DNA of 39,913 nucleotides from a bacterium (GTDB taxonomy: Bacteria > SZUA-182 > DTGQ01), in contig JBLIRT010000004.1 of NCBI GenBank assembly GCA_049472445.1, positions 1 to 39,913 on the forward strand, given 5' to 3'. The first letter of the stretch is position 1, and each line of letters opens with the position of its first letter. Below the pieces are notes generated by a model, which saw nothing but the letters and a program-made list of their open reading frames with translations, was not told the origin of the DNA and searched no databases. A program made the position numbers and the translations under genes. Positions 8,636 through 17,561 of this stretch are shown piece after piece.

Positions 8636-11620
8636 ATGGATCTGAGCCGAAGATCTTTTCTCAAAGTATCAGGCGCAGCCACAGCCGGCGCAGCCCTGGG
8701 CTCCCTGGGGTTTGACCTCTCTACCCTGCCGGCGCGGGCAACTCCCCTCAGGATTAATTATGCCAAGGAAACCACCACGGTGTGCCCATATTGTTCCTGC
8801 GGGTGCAGCATTATTGTGCATACGGTGGATGGAAAGGTCGTCAATACCGAGGGAGATCCTGACTCACCAATTAATGAAGGCGCTCTCTGTTCTAAAGGAT
8901 CGGCTCTGTATCAGGAGTCGCATAATGTGCATCGATTGAGTAAGGTACGTTACCGGGCCCCGGGAAGCACCGATTGGGAAGAAAAAGATTGGGATTGGGC
9001 TATAGATAGAATTGCCCACCTGGTCAAGGAAGCCAGGGACACAGGCTTCGCTACCCGAACCCCTGACGGTCTGACGGTCAACAGAACCGAGACTATCGCC
9101 AACCTGGGCGGAGCAGGTCTCAATAATGAGGAATGCTACGCTCTGGCTAAATTCGCCAGAAGCCTGGGGATCGTTAACCTCGATCACCAGGCCCGTATCT
9201 GACACTCCGCTACGGTAGCGGCTCTGGCAGAGTCGTTCGGTAGGGGAGCAATGACCAATCACTGGATCGATCTTAAAAACAGTGATTGTATTATCGTTAT
9301 GGGCAGCAATGCCGCTGAAAACCATCCCATGTCGTTCAGATGGGCACTTCGGGCCAGGGATGGAAGGGGAGCCAAAATCATCAGCGTTGATCCGCGATTT
9401 ACCAGAACCTCAGCCGTAGCTGATATATATGCTCCTTTACGTTCCGGAACAGATGTTGCTTTCACCGGCGGATTAATAAATTACTGTCTTCAAAACAATC
9501 TCTACAATCATGAATACGTCGCTGAATACACCAATGCCGCTCATCTCATTTCTCAAGACTTTTCTTTCCATGATGGCCTCTTTTCAGGCTACGATGAAAA
9601 GAACAGAAAATATAATACCAAAAGCTGGAGCTATCAGCTTGATGATAACGGAGTGCCATTGGAAGACAAGACCTTGCAGGATCCCAACTGTGTTTTCCAG
9701 GTGCTGAAAAAGCATTACAGCCGTTATGATGTCGATACGGTCTGCAAAATTACCGGCACGCCTCGGGAAAAATTCCTGGAAGTAGCCCGCACCTATTGTG
9801 CTACCGGCGCTCCTGATAAGGTCGGAACGATTATGTATGCCATGGGCTGGACCCAGCATACAGTCGGCACGCAAAACATCCGGGCCTTTGCCATACTTCA
9901 GCTTCTCCTCGGTAACATTGGTCTGGCCGGTGGTGGAGTAAACGCGCTCCGCGGCGAGCCCAACGTCCAGGGATCTACTGATCATTGTCTTTTGTTTCAT
10001 ATCATACCCGGATATCTTCAGACTCCGATTGCCAAGGATCAATCGCTGCAGGCTTATCTGGACAGATGCACCCCTGTCTCAAAGGATTCGAAGAGTGTGA
10101 ACTACTGGAAAAATTACCCCAAATTTATAACCAGCCTTCTCAAGGCCTGGTACGGCAGCAATGCCACAGCAGAAAATGATTTCTGCTTCAACCTGCTGCC
10201 GAAAAACTCCGGGAATTATTCCCATATGTCCATTTTCCAAAGCATGTACGAAGGAAAGATCAAGGGACTCTTCTGCTGGGGGCAAAATCCGGCCGTAGGC
10301 GGCCCCAACTCTCTCATGGAGAGAAAGGCCCTGGAGAAGTTAAACTGGCTGGTCTGCACCGACATCTTCGAGACCGAGACTTCCATCTTCTGGAAGCGAC
10401 CTGGGGTAGATCCGTCCGGCATCAAAACCGAGGTCTTTCTCCTTCCGGCTGCAGCCTCCGCTGAAAAGGAAGGCAGCATCAGTAACAGTGGACGGTGGGC
10501 CCAATGGAGATACAAAGGAGAGGAACCGCCGGGAGAGGCTAAATCCGACCTCTGGATGATGAATGCTTTCATGCTCCGGCTGAAAGATCTTTACGCCCAT
10601 GATCCCGGTCCCTTCCCCGATCCTGTGATTAAGCTCTACTGGGATTTCGGCCCGAAAGACAATCCCAGTGCCATTACGGTAGCCAAAGAGATTAATGGAT
10701 ATGATCTGACCACCGGAAAGCTTCTGGATAACTTTACCAAGTGCAACGCAGACGGTACCACAGCCTGTGGTAACTGGCTCTATTCCGGGAGTTTCACCGA
10801 GGCCGGCAATATGATGGCCAGGCGGGGGAAAGAAGACCCCTCCGGAATCGGCCTCTATCCTACCTGGGCCTGGTGCTGGCCGGTGAACCGCAGGATTATC
10901 TACAACCGTGCTTCGTGCGATACCAAGGGCCGGCCCTGGGATCCCAGCCGTGCTGTCATCAAGTGGAACGAAGCGCTCCAGCAATGGGAAGGAGATGTAC
11001 CTGACTATGGCAAAAATGTTCCTCCCGAAAAAAATGTCGGCGCCTTTATCATGAAACCTGAAGGACACGCCCGGCTGTTTGGTATGGGCAACGTGGATGG
11101 CCCGCTTCCTGAACATTATGAGCCGTATGAAAGCCCGGTCAATAATATCCTCTCCTCACAGCAGATCAATCCGTGTGTTTATCTTGGTTACAACACTGAT
11201 ATGGATAAGAAGGGAGATCGAAAGAACTTTCCGGTAGTAGCCACGACCTATCGGATTACCGAGCATTGGCAGACTGGTGTTGAAACCCGGTGGCAGCCCT
11301 GGCTGTGCGAGCTCATGCCTGATATGTTTGTTGAGCTTTCCAGGGAATTGGCCGGCGAGAGGGGGATCCATAACGGCGACCTCTGCACCATCTCATCAGC
11401 TCGAGGATCGATCAAAGCCGTGGCCGTGGTAACCGGCCGTTTCAAACCCTTCCAGATCAACGGACAGACAGTCCATCAAATAGGACTCCCCTGGTGTTAT
11501 GGATATGCAGGACTGGCTACCGGAGATTCGGCTAATGTACTTACCGCCAATATTGGGGATCCCAACACAAGGATACCTGAATATAAGGTATTCCAGTGTG
11601 ATATCAGGAAGGGGGTGTAA
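8636..11620 (+). CDS. fdnG: Formate dehydrogenase (FdnG/FdoG-type) catalytic subunit: molybdopterin-binding, Tat-exported, selenocysteine at TGA 9200-9202
   Basis: A GGAGGA RBS precedes the start and the Tat signal MDLSRRSFLKVSGAATAGAALG. An N-terminal FeS motif CPYCSCGCS follows. ORFs 8636..9202 and 9251..11620 are in the same frame. Read-through of the TGA gives DHQARI-U-HSATVAALAESFGRGAMTNHW, which aligns with the E. coli FdnG Sec site (QARVUHGPTVASLAPTFGRGAMTNHW). Confidence 0.9.
9200..9240 (+). other. Selenocysteine UGA codon plus candidate SECIS hairpin region
   Basis: The in-frame TGA at 9200-9202 is followed by the local stems CCGCTA-CGG-TAGCGG (9207-9221) and CTC-TGGCA-GAG (9222-9232). 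The exact SECIS fold was not verified. Confidence 0.6.
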
Positions 11621-11626
11621 GAGAAT

Positions 11627-12430
11627 ATGAGCAAGGCACGAATCGGCATCTTAATAGATACTTCCCGATGCATAGCCTGCCGCGCTTGCCAGGTAGCCTG
11701 CAAGCAGTGGAACAAATTGCCGGCTGAACCCAGAGAGACCTGGAAAAACCGTGGAAGTTATGAAAACCCTGCCAGTCTGTCTCCTCAAACATGGACACGG
11801 GTGCGCTTTACCGAGGTAGATACGGCCGAAGGCAGCACTGAGTGGCTCTTTCGTAAAACCCAATGTATGCAGTGCGGGGATGCAACCTGTCTCATGGTCT
11901 GCCCGGAAAAAAAGGCGCTCTACCGGAACGAGGATGGAATTGTCATTCTGAACAGCGACTATTGCACGGGATGTGGATATTGCACCCAGAACTGCCCCTT
12001 TGAAATTCCTCAATACCATGCGCAGGATAAGAGGACTTTTAAATGCAGTATGTGTTACGACCGGGTGGGTAACGGCTTGATCCCTGCATGTGCCAAGGCC
12101 TGCCCGACGCAGGCCATAAAGTTCGGCGGCCGTGATGAGCTCATTGAAGAGGCACATCGGCGAGTGGATGAACTGAGGCTGAAAGGGTACAAGGAGGCAT
12201 CTCTTTACGGAGAGAGCGAATGCGGCGGCCTTGGAGTAATGTATGTTCTGAAGTATGACAAGAGCAAATATGAAGGGCTGCCTGCCAATCCGCAGGTCCC
12301 CCTTTCGGTCAAACTCTGGCGCGATTGGCTCAAACCGGTGGGACTGTTATCAGTCCTGGCCGGCCTGGGCTTTGTAATCTTCCATTATGTCTTGCACGGG
12401 CCCAAGATGACGGAAAAGGGAGGTGATTAA
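11627..12430 (+). CDS. fdnH: Formate dehydrogenase iron-sulfur (beta) subunit with a C-terminal membrane anchor
   Basis: It contains several 4Fe-4S ferredoxin motifs (CIACRACQVAC, CMQCGDATCLMVCP, CTGCGYCTQNCP, CSMCYDR...CAKACP) and a hydrophobic C-terminal helix. It starts 6 nt after the fdnG stop. Confidence 0.9.
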   Translation: MSKARIGILIDTSRCIACRACQVACKQWNKLPAEPRETWKNRGSYENPASLSPQTWTRVRFTEVDTAEGSTEWLFRKTQCMQCGDATCLMVCPEKKALYRNEDGIVILNSDYCTGCGYCTQNCPFEIPQYHAQDKRTFKCSMCYDRVGNGLIPACAKACPTQAIKFGGRDELIEEAHRRVDELRLKGYKEASLYGESECGGLGVMYVLKYDKSKYEGLPANPQVPLSVKLWRDWLKPVGLLSVLAGLGFVIFHYVLHGPKMTEKGGD

Positions 12431-12432
12431 TC

Positions 12433-13074
12433 ATGATGGATTACGGCAAGCTTAACCTGGTAAAGGTTACCAGTTGGATTGAACGGCTGGCCCATACTTT
12501 CCTGACCATAAGCTGGATGCTTCTGGTATTTACCGGCCTGGCCTTTTACTCCAAGAAATTTGCCGTTTTTGCCGAGTTTTTCGGCGGGCTTCGTCCCACC
12601 GTTACGGTACATAACTATACCGGCCTCGTCTTTCTCTTTTCAGTAGCGCTGATATTCCTGGCTATGTTTAAGGAGTCCTTCAAGTTTAACAAGGACGACA
12701 TCAAGTGGGTCCTCGGCGCCGGCGGGTATTTATGGAAGGCCGATGTACCGGAATCAGGCCGATTTAACCCCGGACAAAAGGGAATGTATTTTTTCACGGT
12801 CATCATGGGCATCGTTATGGGTGTTACCGGATGGACCATGTGGCACGCCCCAACGGCCAGTTACAACCAGCTCTGGGTAAACATCTGCTATCCGGTGCAC
12901 TCTCTGGGGGCCATTATCTTTGTGGCTGCCTGGATGGTCCACGCTTATTTTGGCAGCATCTGTAACCCGGGCAGTGTAGCCTCCATGACTTACGGTTGGG
13001 TAACCAGGCCATGGCTGCGCAAGCAGCATATGAAATGGTATCAGGAGCACGTTGAAAAAAAGCTGAACCCGTAG
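12433..13074 (+). CDS. fdnI: Formate dehydrogenase cytochrome b (gamma) subunit
   Basis: The 213-aa ORF has four hydrophobic helices with conserved His residues (TVHNYTG, PVHSLGAIIFVAAWMVHAYFG). It is in the FdnI position. Confidence 0.85.
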   Translation: MMDYGKLNLVKVTSWIERLAHTFLTISWMLLVFTGLAFYSKKFAVFAEFFGGLRPTVTVHNYTGLVFLFSVALIFLAMFKESFKFNKDDIKWVLGAGGYLWKADVPESGRFNPGQKGMYFFTVIMGIVMGVTGWTMWHAPTASYNQLWVNICYPVHSLGAIIFVAAWMVHAYFGSICNPGSVASMTYGWVTRPWLRKQHMKWYQEHVEKKLNP

Positions 13075-13142
13075 CCAAACAGGAATTCGCTGTCAGATAT
13101 CGGGCGTAAGGACCGCCAGGGCCTGTCATTATCAGATGAATC

Positions 13143-13171
13143 TTGCGGTCCTTGCGCCTTTAGCTTATAAT
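13143..13171 (+). promoter_or_regulatory. Sigma-70-type promoter candidate (TTGCGG-N17-TATAAT) ahead of tatA
   Basis: The -10 hexamer TATAAT at 13166-13171 is perfect. A weak -35 (TTGCGG, 13143-13148) sits at 17-bp spacing. Confidence 0.35.
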
Positions 13172-13235
13172 GAGTGTTCAACTTGGTCGTGGAATATATA
13201 TCTTTCTTGAAAAATATGTGATGGAGGATGTGATT

Positions 13236-13463
13236 ATGTTTGATCAACGGCTTCTGGCAATGTTTGGTATAGGAATGTCTGAATTACTTATCATCATGGT
13301 CATCGTTCTGATCATCTTTGGGGCCGGTAAGTTACCTGAAATTGGCAGCGCCCTGGGAAAGGGGATCAGGAATTTTAAAACCGGCGTCACGGGAAACGAA
13401 TCCGAAGATAAGGCACCTCAATCAAAAATCGAAACTCACCAGGAACAAAAAAAACTGGAATAA
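13236..13463 (+). CDS. tatA: Twin-arginine translocase subunit TatA/E
   Basis: The sequence [48 protein letters not shown] shows the TatA transmembrane helix, the FG hinge and the amphipathic helix. A GGAGGA RBS precedes ATG 13236, although the ORF is open from 13170. Confidence 0.85.
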   Translation: MFDQRLLAMFGIGMSELLIIMVIVLIIFGAGKLPEIGSALGKGIRNFKTGVTGNESEDKAPQSKIETHQEQKKLE

Positions 13464-13478
13464 CCAGGGCTGATACCT

Positions 13479-14474
13479 ATGCTCGATGCCCACCAGCGAA
13501 TCATTAACTATATCCGCGTCTCTGTTACTGATCGATGCAATCTGCGATGCATCTATTGCCAGCCGGCCAGGGAATTTCATCAATTAGCCAGGTCAGAAAT
13601 CCTCTCTTATGAGGAAATCCTCCATCTTGTCCAAATAGCCATTTCCTGCGGGATAACCAAGGTCCGCCTCACCGGAGGTGATCCTCTGGTGCGAAGGGAC
13701 ATTGTTGATCTGGTGAGGTCAATCGCCCGGCTGAAAGGTATCACCGATGTATCTCTGACCACCAATGGAATACTCCTCGATCGACTGGCCGGGGACCTCT
13801 ACCGGGCCGGCCTCCGCAGAATAAATATCAGTCTTGACTCACTGAAAAGAGACCGATTTCAAATGATTACCGGTCAGGATGGACTCGATCAGGTTCGTAA
13901 GGGCATAGATAAGGCTCACAGCCTTGGCTTTTCACCCATTAAGATCAATACGGTGGTTATAAGGGGAGTAAATGATGATGAGGTTCTGGATCTGGCCAGA
14001 TTGAGCCTCAATAAGCCGTATCATATCAGGTTTATTGAATTCATGCCGATAGGAAACGATCAGCTCTGGCAGGAAAAAAAGTATGTCTCCTGCCTTGAAA
14101 TACAAAAAATTCTCACCTCCTTTCAGCCTCTCATCCCCTCAGCCGCAGCCGGCCCTCACCACAGCCATCATCATGGGCCTGCTCAAATGTTCGAATTTGA
14201 GGGAGCGTTGGGCAAAATCGGGCTCATCAGCCCCTTAAGTAATCATTTTTGTTCCAACTGCAACCGGATCAGGCTGACTGCTGACGGCAGGGTGAGGAAC
14301 TGCCTCTTTTCGGATCAGGAAATCGATATACGAGAGGCTTTACGATCAGGAAAAAATGATGAAGAATTGAAGGCCTTATTGATTCAGGGTATCAAAAATA
14401 AACCGGCCGGGCATAACCTCGATCATGCCCAATTCACCATCTTAAACCGGCCAATGTCTAAAATCGGTGGTTAG
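13479..14474 (+). CDS. moaA: GTP 3',8-cyclase (molybdenum cofactor biosynthesis protein A)
   Basis: It carries the radical-SAM motif CNLRCIYC near the N-terminus, the C-terminal cluster CSNCNRIRLTADG and the terminal GG typical of MoaA. Confidence 0.9.
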   Translation: MLDAHQRIINYIRVSVTDRCNLRCIYCQPAREFHQLARSEILSYEEILHLVQIAISCGITKVRLTGGDPLVRRDIVDLVRSIARLKGITDVSLTTNGILLDRLAGDLYRAGLRRINISLDSLKRDRFQMITGQDGLDQVRKGIDKAHSLGFSPIKINTVVIRGVNDDEVLDLARLSLNKPYHIRFIEFMPIGNDQLWQEKKYVSCLEIQKILTSFQPLIPSAAAGPHHSHHHGPAQMFEFEGALGKIGLISPLSNHFCSNCNRIRLTADGRVRNCLFSDQEIDIREALRSGKNDEELKALLIQGIKNKPAGHNLDHAQFTILNRPMSKIGG

Positions 14475-14512
14475 GAATTGGAAAAGAATAATTATAGTAA
14501 AATCTACCCCAT

Positions 14513-17074
14513 ATGACTCAGGAACAAAGCGTACCCCAACCAGGACAACATATACCGAAACCGGAGCTATTTCAGTCGGTCTCTGAAGCAGTATGGGCCC
14601 AGTTGCGAGATCTGTTTGTTTTGAAAAAATTTCAGGCCGGTGAAAAAATTCTGGCCCAGGGGTCCAGAGAGACTCAATTTTTCTATATTGTTGCCTCCGG
14701 CCAAGTCGAAATACTCATTGATGACGAAGAAGGATGCCAACTGCATCTGTCATATGTTTTCCCCGGTGACTATTTTGGTGAAAGGGCTCTATTAGATGAA
14801 GAAAAAAGCTCTTCCACGGTTATAGCCCGGGAAGATACTGAAGCCTATATTCTTTCCAGGGGGCATTTCTACCAGTTCCTGACCGACCACCCTGATCTGA
14901 GCCGTCACTTTATCTGGACCCTTTCCCAGCGGATGCACAAAACCAATCTTCTCCTGGAAGAATATGAATATAAAAAGGCTATGATCGACCTCATTTCGGA
15001 AGAATCCGAGGCCTATCAAAATGTACCTATTGTCACCAAAACCAGGAGCATGAAGCGGGTACTCGAGATTATCAACTCTTCGGCTGAAAATCTGCTGCCT
15101 GTTCTCATTGAGGGCGAGTATGGCAGCGGGAAGCAGTTAATCGCTTATCAGATCCACCTGAAATCGGCCAGGCGTAAGAAAGCCTTTATCACCCTTGATT
15201 GCCGTACCCTGACCGAGCCCAATTGGCAGGATATCCTTTTCGGACAGGCGACTCCTCGCCCCCTGCACCTCAAGGAACATACCTTCGGCTCTATCGAACT
15301 GGCTGAGGGAGGAACCCTCTATCTGAAACATTGTGACCTGCTCCCCCTTGAAATCCAACAGAAAATCAAAGAGATTATCCAGGAAAGGACCTATAGCCGG
15401 CTCGGCTCTACCAAAAAAAGAAAGGCTGACCTTCGCCTTATTGCCTCAACTCGAGAGGATCTCAGGAAACACCGTGATCAGGGGACCTTTGATGCCGGAC
15501 TCCATGAATTACTGACCGCCAACCCGGTCATACAGTTACCGACGCTGCGGGAGCGAAGGAGCGATATCCTCCAGTTGGTTGAGTACTTTATAGCCAAATA
15601 CGCCAAACTGGCTAATAAGGATATCACCGGTATCACTCCGGAGGCCAGGAATAAACTGATAAGGCACGATTATAAGCTGGCCAATGTCAAGGAACTGGAG
15701 CAGATCATTGAGCGAGCCGTATCTCTGTCCAGCGATAACCAGATCTGGACGCGGCATCTGTTCCTTGGGGAGCCGGCCGTCAAGCCCGATAATTGGTATT
15801 ATAACCTGTTAAAAATCGAACCATTCGGCCGATGGGTGAAAGAAAAGATCTATCCGGATAAGCTTCAATACCTGACGGCCACTTTTTTTCTGCTCATTAT
15901 CCTCCTGTGCTTCCTCGGACCGGCCTCGGCCGGCAAGAATCCCGCCATTCCTCTCGTCTGGGGGATCTGGTGGCCCCTTATGTTCCTTTCCTTTTTCTGG
16001 GTAGGGCGCAGCTGGTGCTCGATATGTGCTTATGCAGCTTACGGGCGGATTGTTCAAAAAAGAAAACATTTTAATATTCCCGTTCCTTCCTTTATTCAAA
16101 GGCACGATGCCATTCTGGTAACGGCGGCCTTTCTCATCACCCTCTGGGCTGAGGAAATAACCCACATGCGCTCCTCTCCCCGGGCCACAGGCTGGCTCAT
16201 GGCCACCATGCTCTCCATCGCTCTTGTTTGTGCGGTTATCTTCCGCAGGGAGAGCTGGTGTCGATATCTTTGCCCCATGGGAGGATTAATCGGAGTCTGT
16301 TCCATGAGCTCAGTCATTGAGTTACGCTCAGACACAACCGTCTGTTCCACTCAGTGCAAGAAAACGGAATGCTATAACGGGACCCCGGAAAGTCCCGGCT
16401 GTCCTCTCTTTCAGCATCTTTTATTCGTTGACAACAACCAGACCTGCAAGCTTTGTCTGCAATGCATCCGCAATTGCCCGAATCAGTCAGTTTCCTTAAA
16501 CCTTCGCCTCCCCGGGCGGGAAATATGGCTGTCGAATCAGGTCCGGGATAAAATGTCCTATTTTGTCTTGGCCTTATTAGGATCCGTTCTGCCGGTCATC
16601 TACCTTTCAGCCAACCACCTGAGCCTCCATTCAGGGAAGGCCAGGATATATTATTCCCTGGTCCATTTCCTTCTGCCGGTTGTTCTCTACCTTCTCCTCC
16701 TGATTCCCGGCTGCTTTTATTCGCCCAGAACATGGAAGAGTCATATCTGGCCCCGTTTCTGGCGTACTTCCTACGCCTATATTCCCTTAGCCCTGACTGC
16801 GCATCTTGCTTACCAGATGCAATATCTCCCCTGGGGGAAAGATCTCGGCTATTCTTTTCATGTATTCCATAAGGAAATATGGCAGGGACTGGCCATTCAA
16901 CCCTTCCAGGTTCTTTCTCTGCTGGCGGGACTGCTCTTTTCATACTTTTGTCTGTGGGAAATTTATAAGCATCGGGGAAAAAGCTTTGAGGCAGGATGGG
17001 CCTTCTGGCTTGGACATGCCTCCCTTATGATGAGCTACGCAGCCCTGGCTCTTCGCTGGCTGGTCTTTCCGTAG
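14513..17074 (+). CDS. Fusion protein: cNMP-binding domain + degenerate sigma-54-interaction AAA+ domain + multi-pass membrane polyferredoxin (NapH/NosR-like) domain
   Basis: Roughly aa 20-140 form a Crp-like cNMP-binding fold (FPGDYFGERALL). Roughly aa 175-405 align with NtrC-type AAA+ domains (Walker A GEYGSGKQ, LPTLRERRSDI), but GAFTGA is absent (the equivalent reads QATPRPLHLKEHT) and Walker B DE is replaced by KH (GGTLYLKHC). Roughly aa 450-853 contain about 9 hydrophobic helices with CSIC, WCRYLCPMGG, CSTQCKKTEC and CKLCLQCIRNCP motifs. There is no C-terminal HTH. Confidence 0.75.
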   Translation: MTQEQSVPQPGQHIPKPELFQSVSEAVWAQLRDLFVLKKFQAGEKILAQGSRETQFFYIVASGQVEILIDDEEGCQLHLSYVFPGDYFGERALLDEEKSSSTVIAREDTEAYILSRGHFYQFLTDHPDLSRHFIWTLSQRMHKTNLLLEEYEYKKAMIDLISEESEAYQNVPIVTKTRSMKRVLEIINSSAENLLPVLIEGEYGSGKQLIAYQIHLKSARRKKAFITLDCRTLTEPNWQDILFGQATPRPLHLKEHTFGSIELAEGGTLYLKHCDLLPLEIQQKIKEIIQERTYSRLGSTKKRKADLRLIASTREDLRKHRDQGTFDAGLHELLTANPVIQLPTLRERRSDILQLVEYFIAKYAKLANKDITGITPEARNKLIRHDYKLANVKELEQIIERAVSLSSDNQIWTRHLFLGEPAVKPDNWYYNLLKIEPFGRWVKEKIYPDKLQYLTATFFLLIILLCFLGPASAGKNPAIPLVWGIWWPLMFLSFFWVGRSWCSICAYAAYGRIVQKRKHFNIPVPSFIQRHDAILVTAAFLITLWAEEITHMRSSPRATGWLMATMLSIALVCAVIFRRESWCRYLCPMGGLIGVCSMSSVIELRSDTTVCSTQCKKTECYNGTPESPGCPLFQHLLFVDNNQTCKLCLQCIRNCPNQSVSLNLRLPGREIWLSNQVRDKMSYFVLALLGSVLPVIYLSANHLSLHSGKARIYYSLVHFLLPVVLYLLLLIPGCFYSPRTWKSHIWPRFWRTSYAYIPLALTAHLAYQMQYLPWGKDLGYSFHVFHKEIWQGLAIQPFQVLSLLAGLLFSYFCLWEIYKHRGKSFEAGWAFWLGHASLMMSYAALALRWLVFP

Positions 17075-17561
17075 CCTGTCCCACCACCCATCTGGCCGGA
17101 CATCCATCCAGTTCCCGGCAGGCCCTGCAGCCCAACGTGGCGTGCTCCGTTAAAAGACCTCCGAGAATACCTATCAGCCCCGCTCCCAGCCAGATGCTCT
17201 GGCTGTCCCCCCAGAAAGCCATCCGCCATAAGGCTCCTCCAAGGGGGAGAAGGCCAAGGGGAAGGAGAAAGACGTTGTGCCATATCCCGTCGGTGAAGGC
17301 ATGGCGGGGATCCTTCCGGTAGAGCAGGCCGGCCACGAGCCCAAAACCGGTGCTGCATCGCCGTCCGTGATAAAAGCAGCGGGTACAGCGCAACCTGGGC
17401 ATAATGAAAAGAGCCGCCGCCAGGCAATAGAGGGCATAAAATACGGCCAGACCCGCATGCAGCCCGCCGAGAATCCATATCCCGAGGCCGAACAGGCTGA
17501 GATTAAACATATTACGCAGAAAAGGCACATGGAAGGGATAATTTTCAAGGTCTCTCATCAT
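17025..17561 (-). CDS. Hypothetical small integral membrane protein with two Cys clusters
   Basis: The 178-aa ORF has about 4 hydrophobic helices and the motifs CTRCFYHGRRC and CRACRELDGC. It is markedly GC-rich, with several overlapping shadow ORFs in the track. Its 3' end overlaps the convergent 853-aa gene by 50 bp. No recognisable family. Confidence 0.5.
   Translation of the reverse strand: MMRDLENYPFHVPFLRNMFNLSLFGLGIWILGGLHAGLAVFYALYCLAAALFIMPRLRCTRCFYHGRRCSTGFGLVAGLLYRKDPRHAFTDGIWHNVFLLPLGLLPLGGALWRMAFWGDSQSIWLGAGLIGILGGLLTEHATLGCRACRELDGCPARWVVGQATERPASEEPGLRSSS

Noticed and set aside
8636-9202. A short 188-aa ORF that could be read as a truncated or pseudogenised formate dehydrogenase fragment
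   Set aside because: Its TGA is in frame with ORF 9251..11620. The sequence around it reproduces the conserved selenocysteine active-site context, so it is one Sec-containing gene and not a pseudogene.
10340-11116. A 258-aa minus-strand ORF, with similar antisense ORFs at 9584..10042, 11651..12157, 8864..9325 and 28356..28736, among others
   Set aside because: These are shadow ORFs lying entirely antisense to strongly supported genes (fdnG, fdnH, ilvC). They have low-complexity, Pro/Gly/Arg-rich translations typical of the opposite strand of GC-richer coding sequence, with no motifs or RBS.
13104-13157. A stem (GCGTAAGGACCGC ... GCGGTCCTTGCGC) after fdnI as a Rho-independent terminator
   Set aside because: The loop is about 28 nt and no U-tract follows, so it does not look like an intrinsic terminator. 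I mention it only as a possible structure overlapping a promoter candidate.
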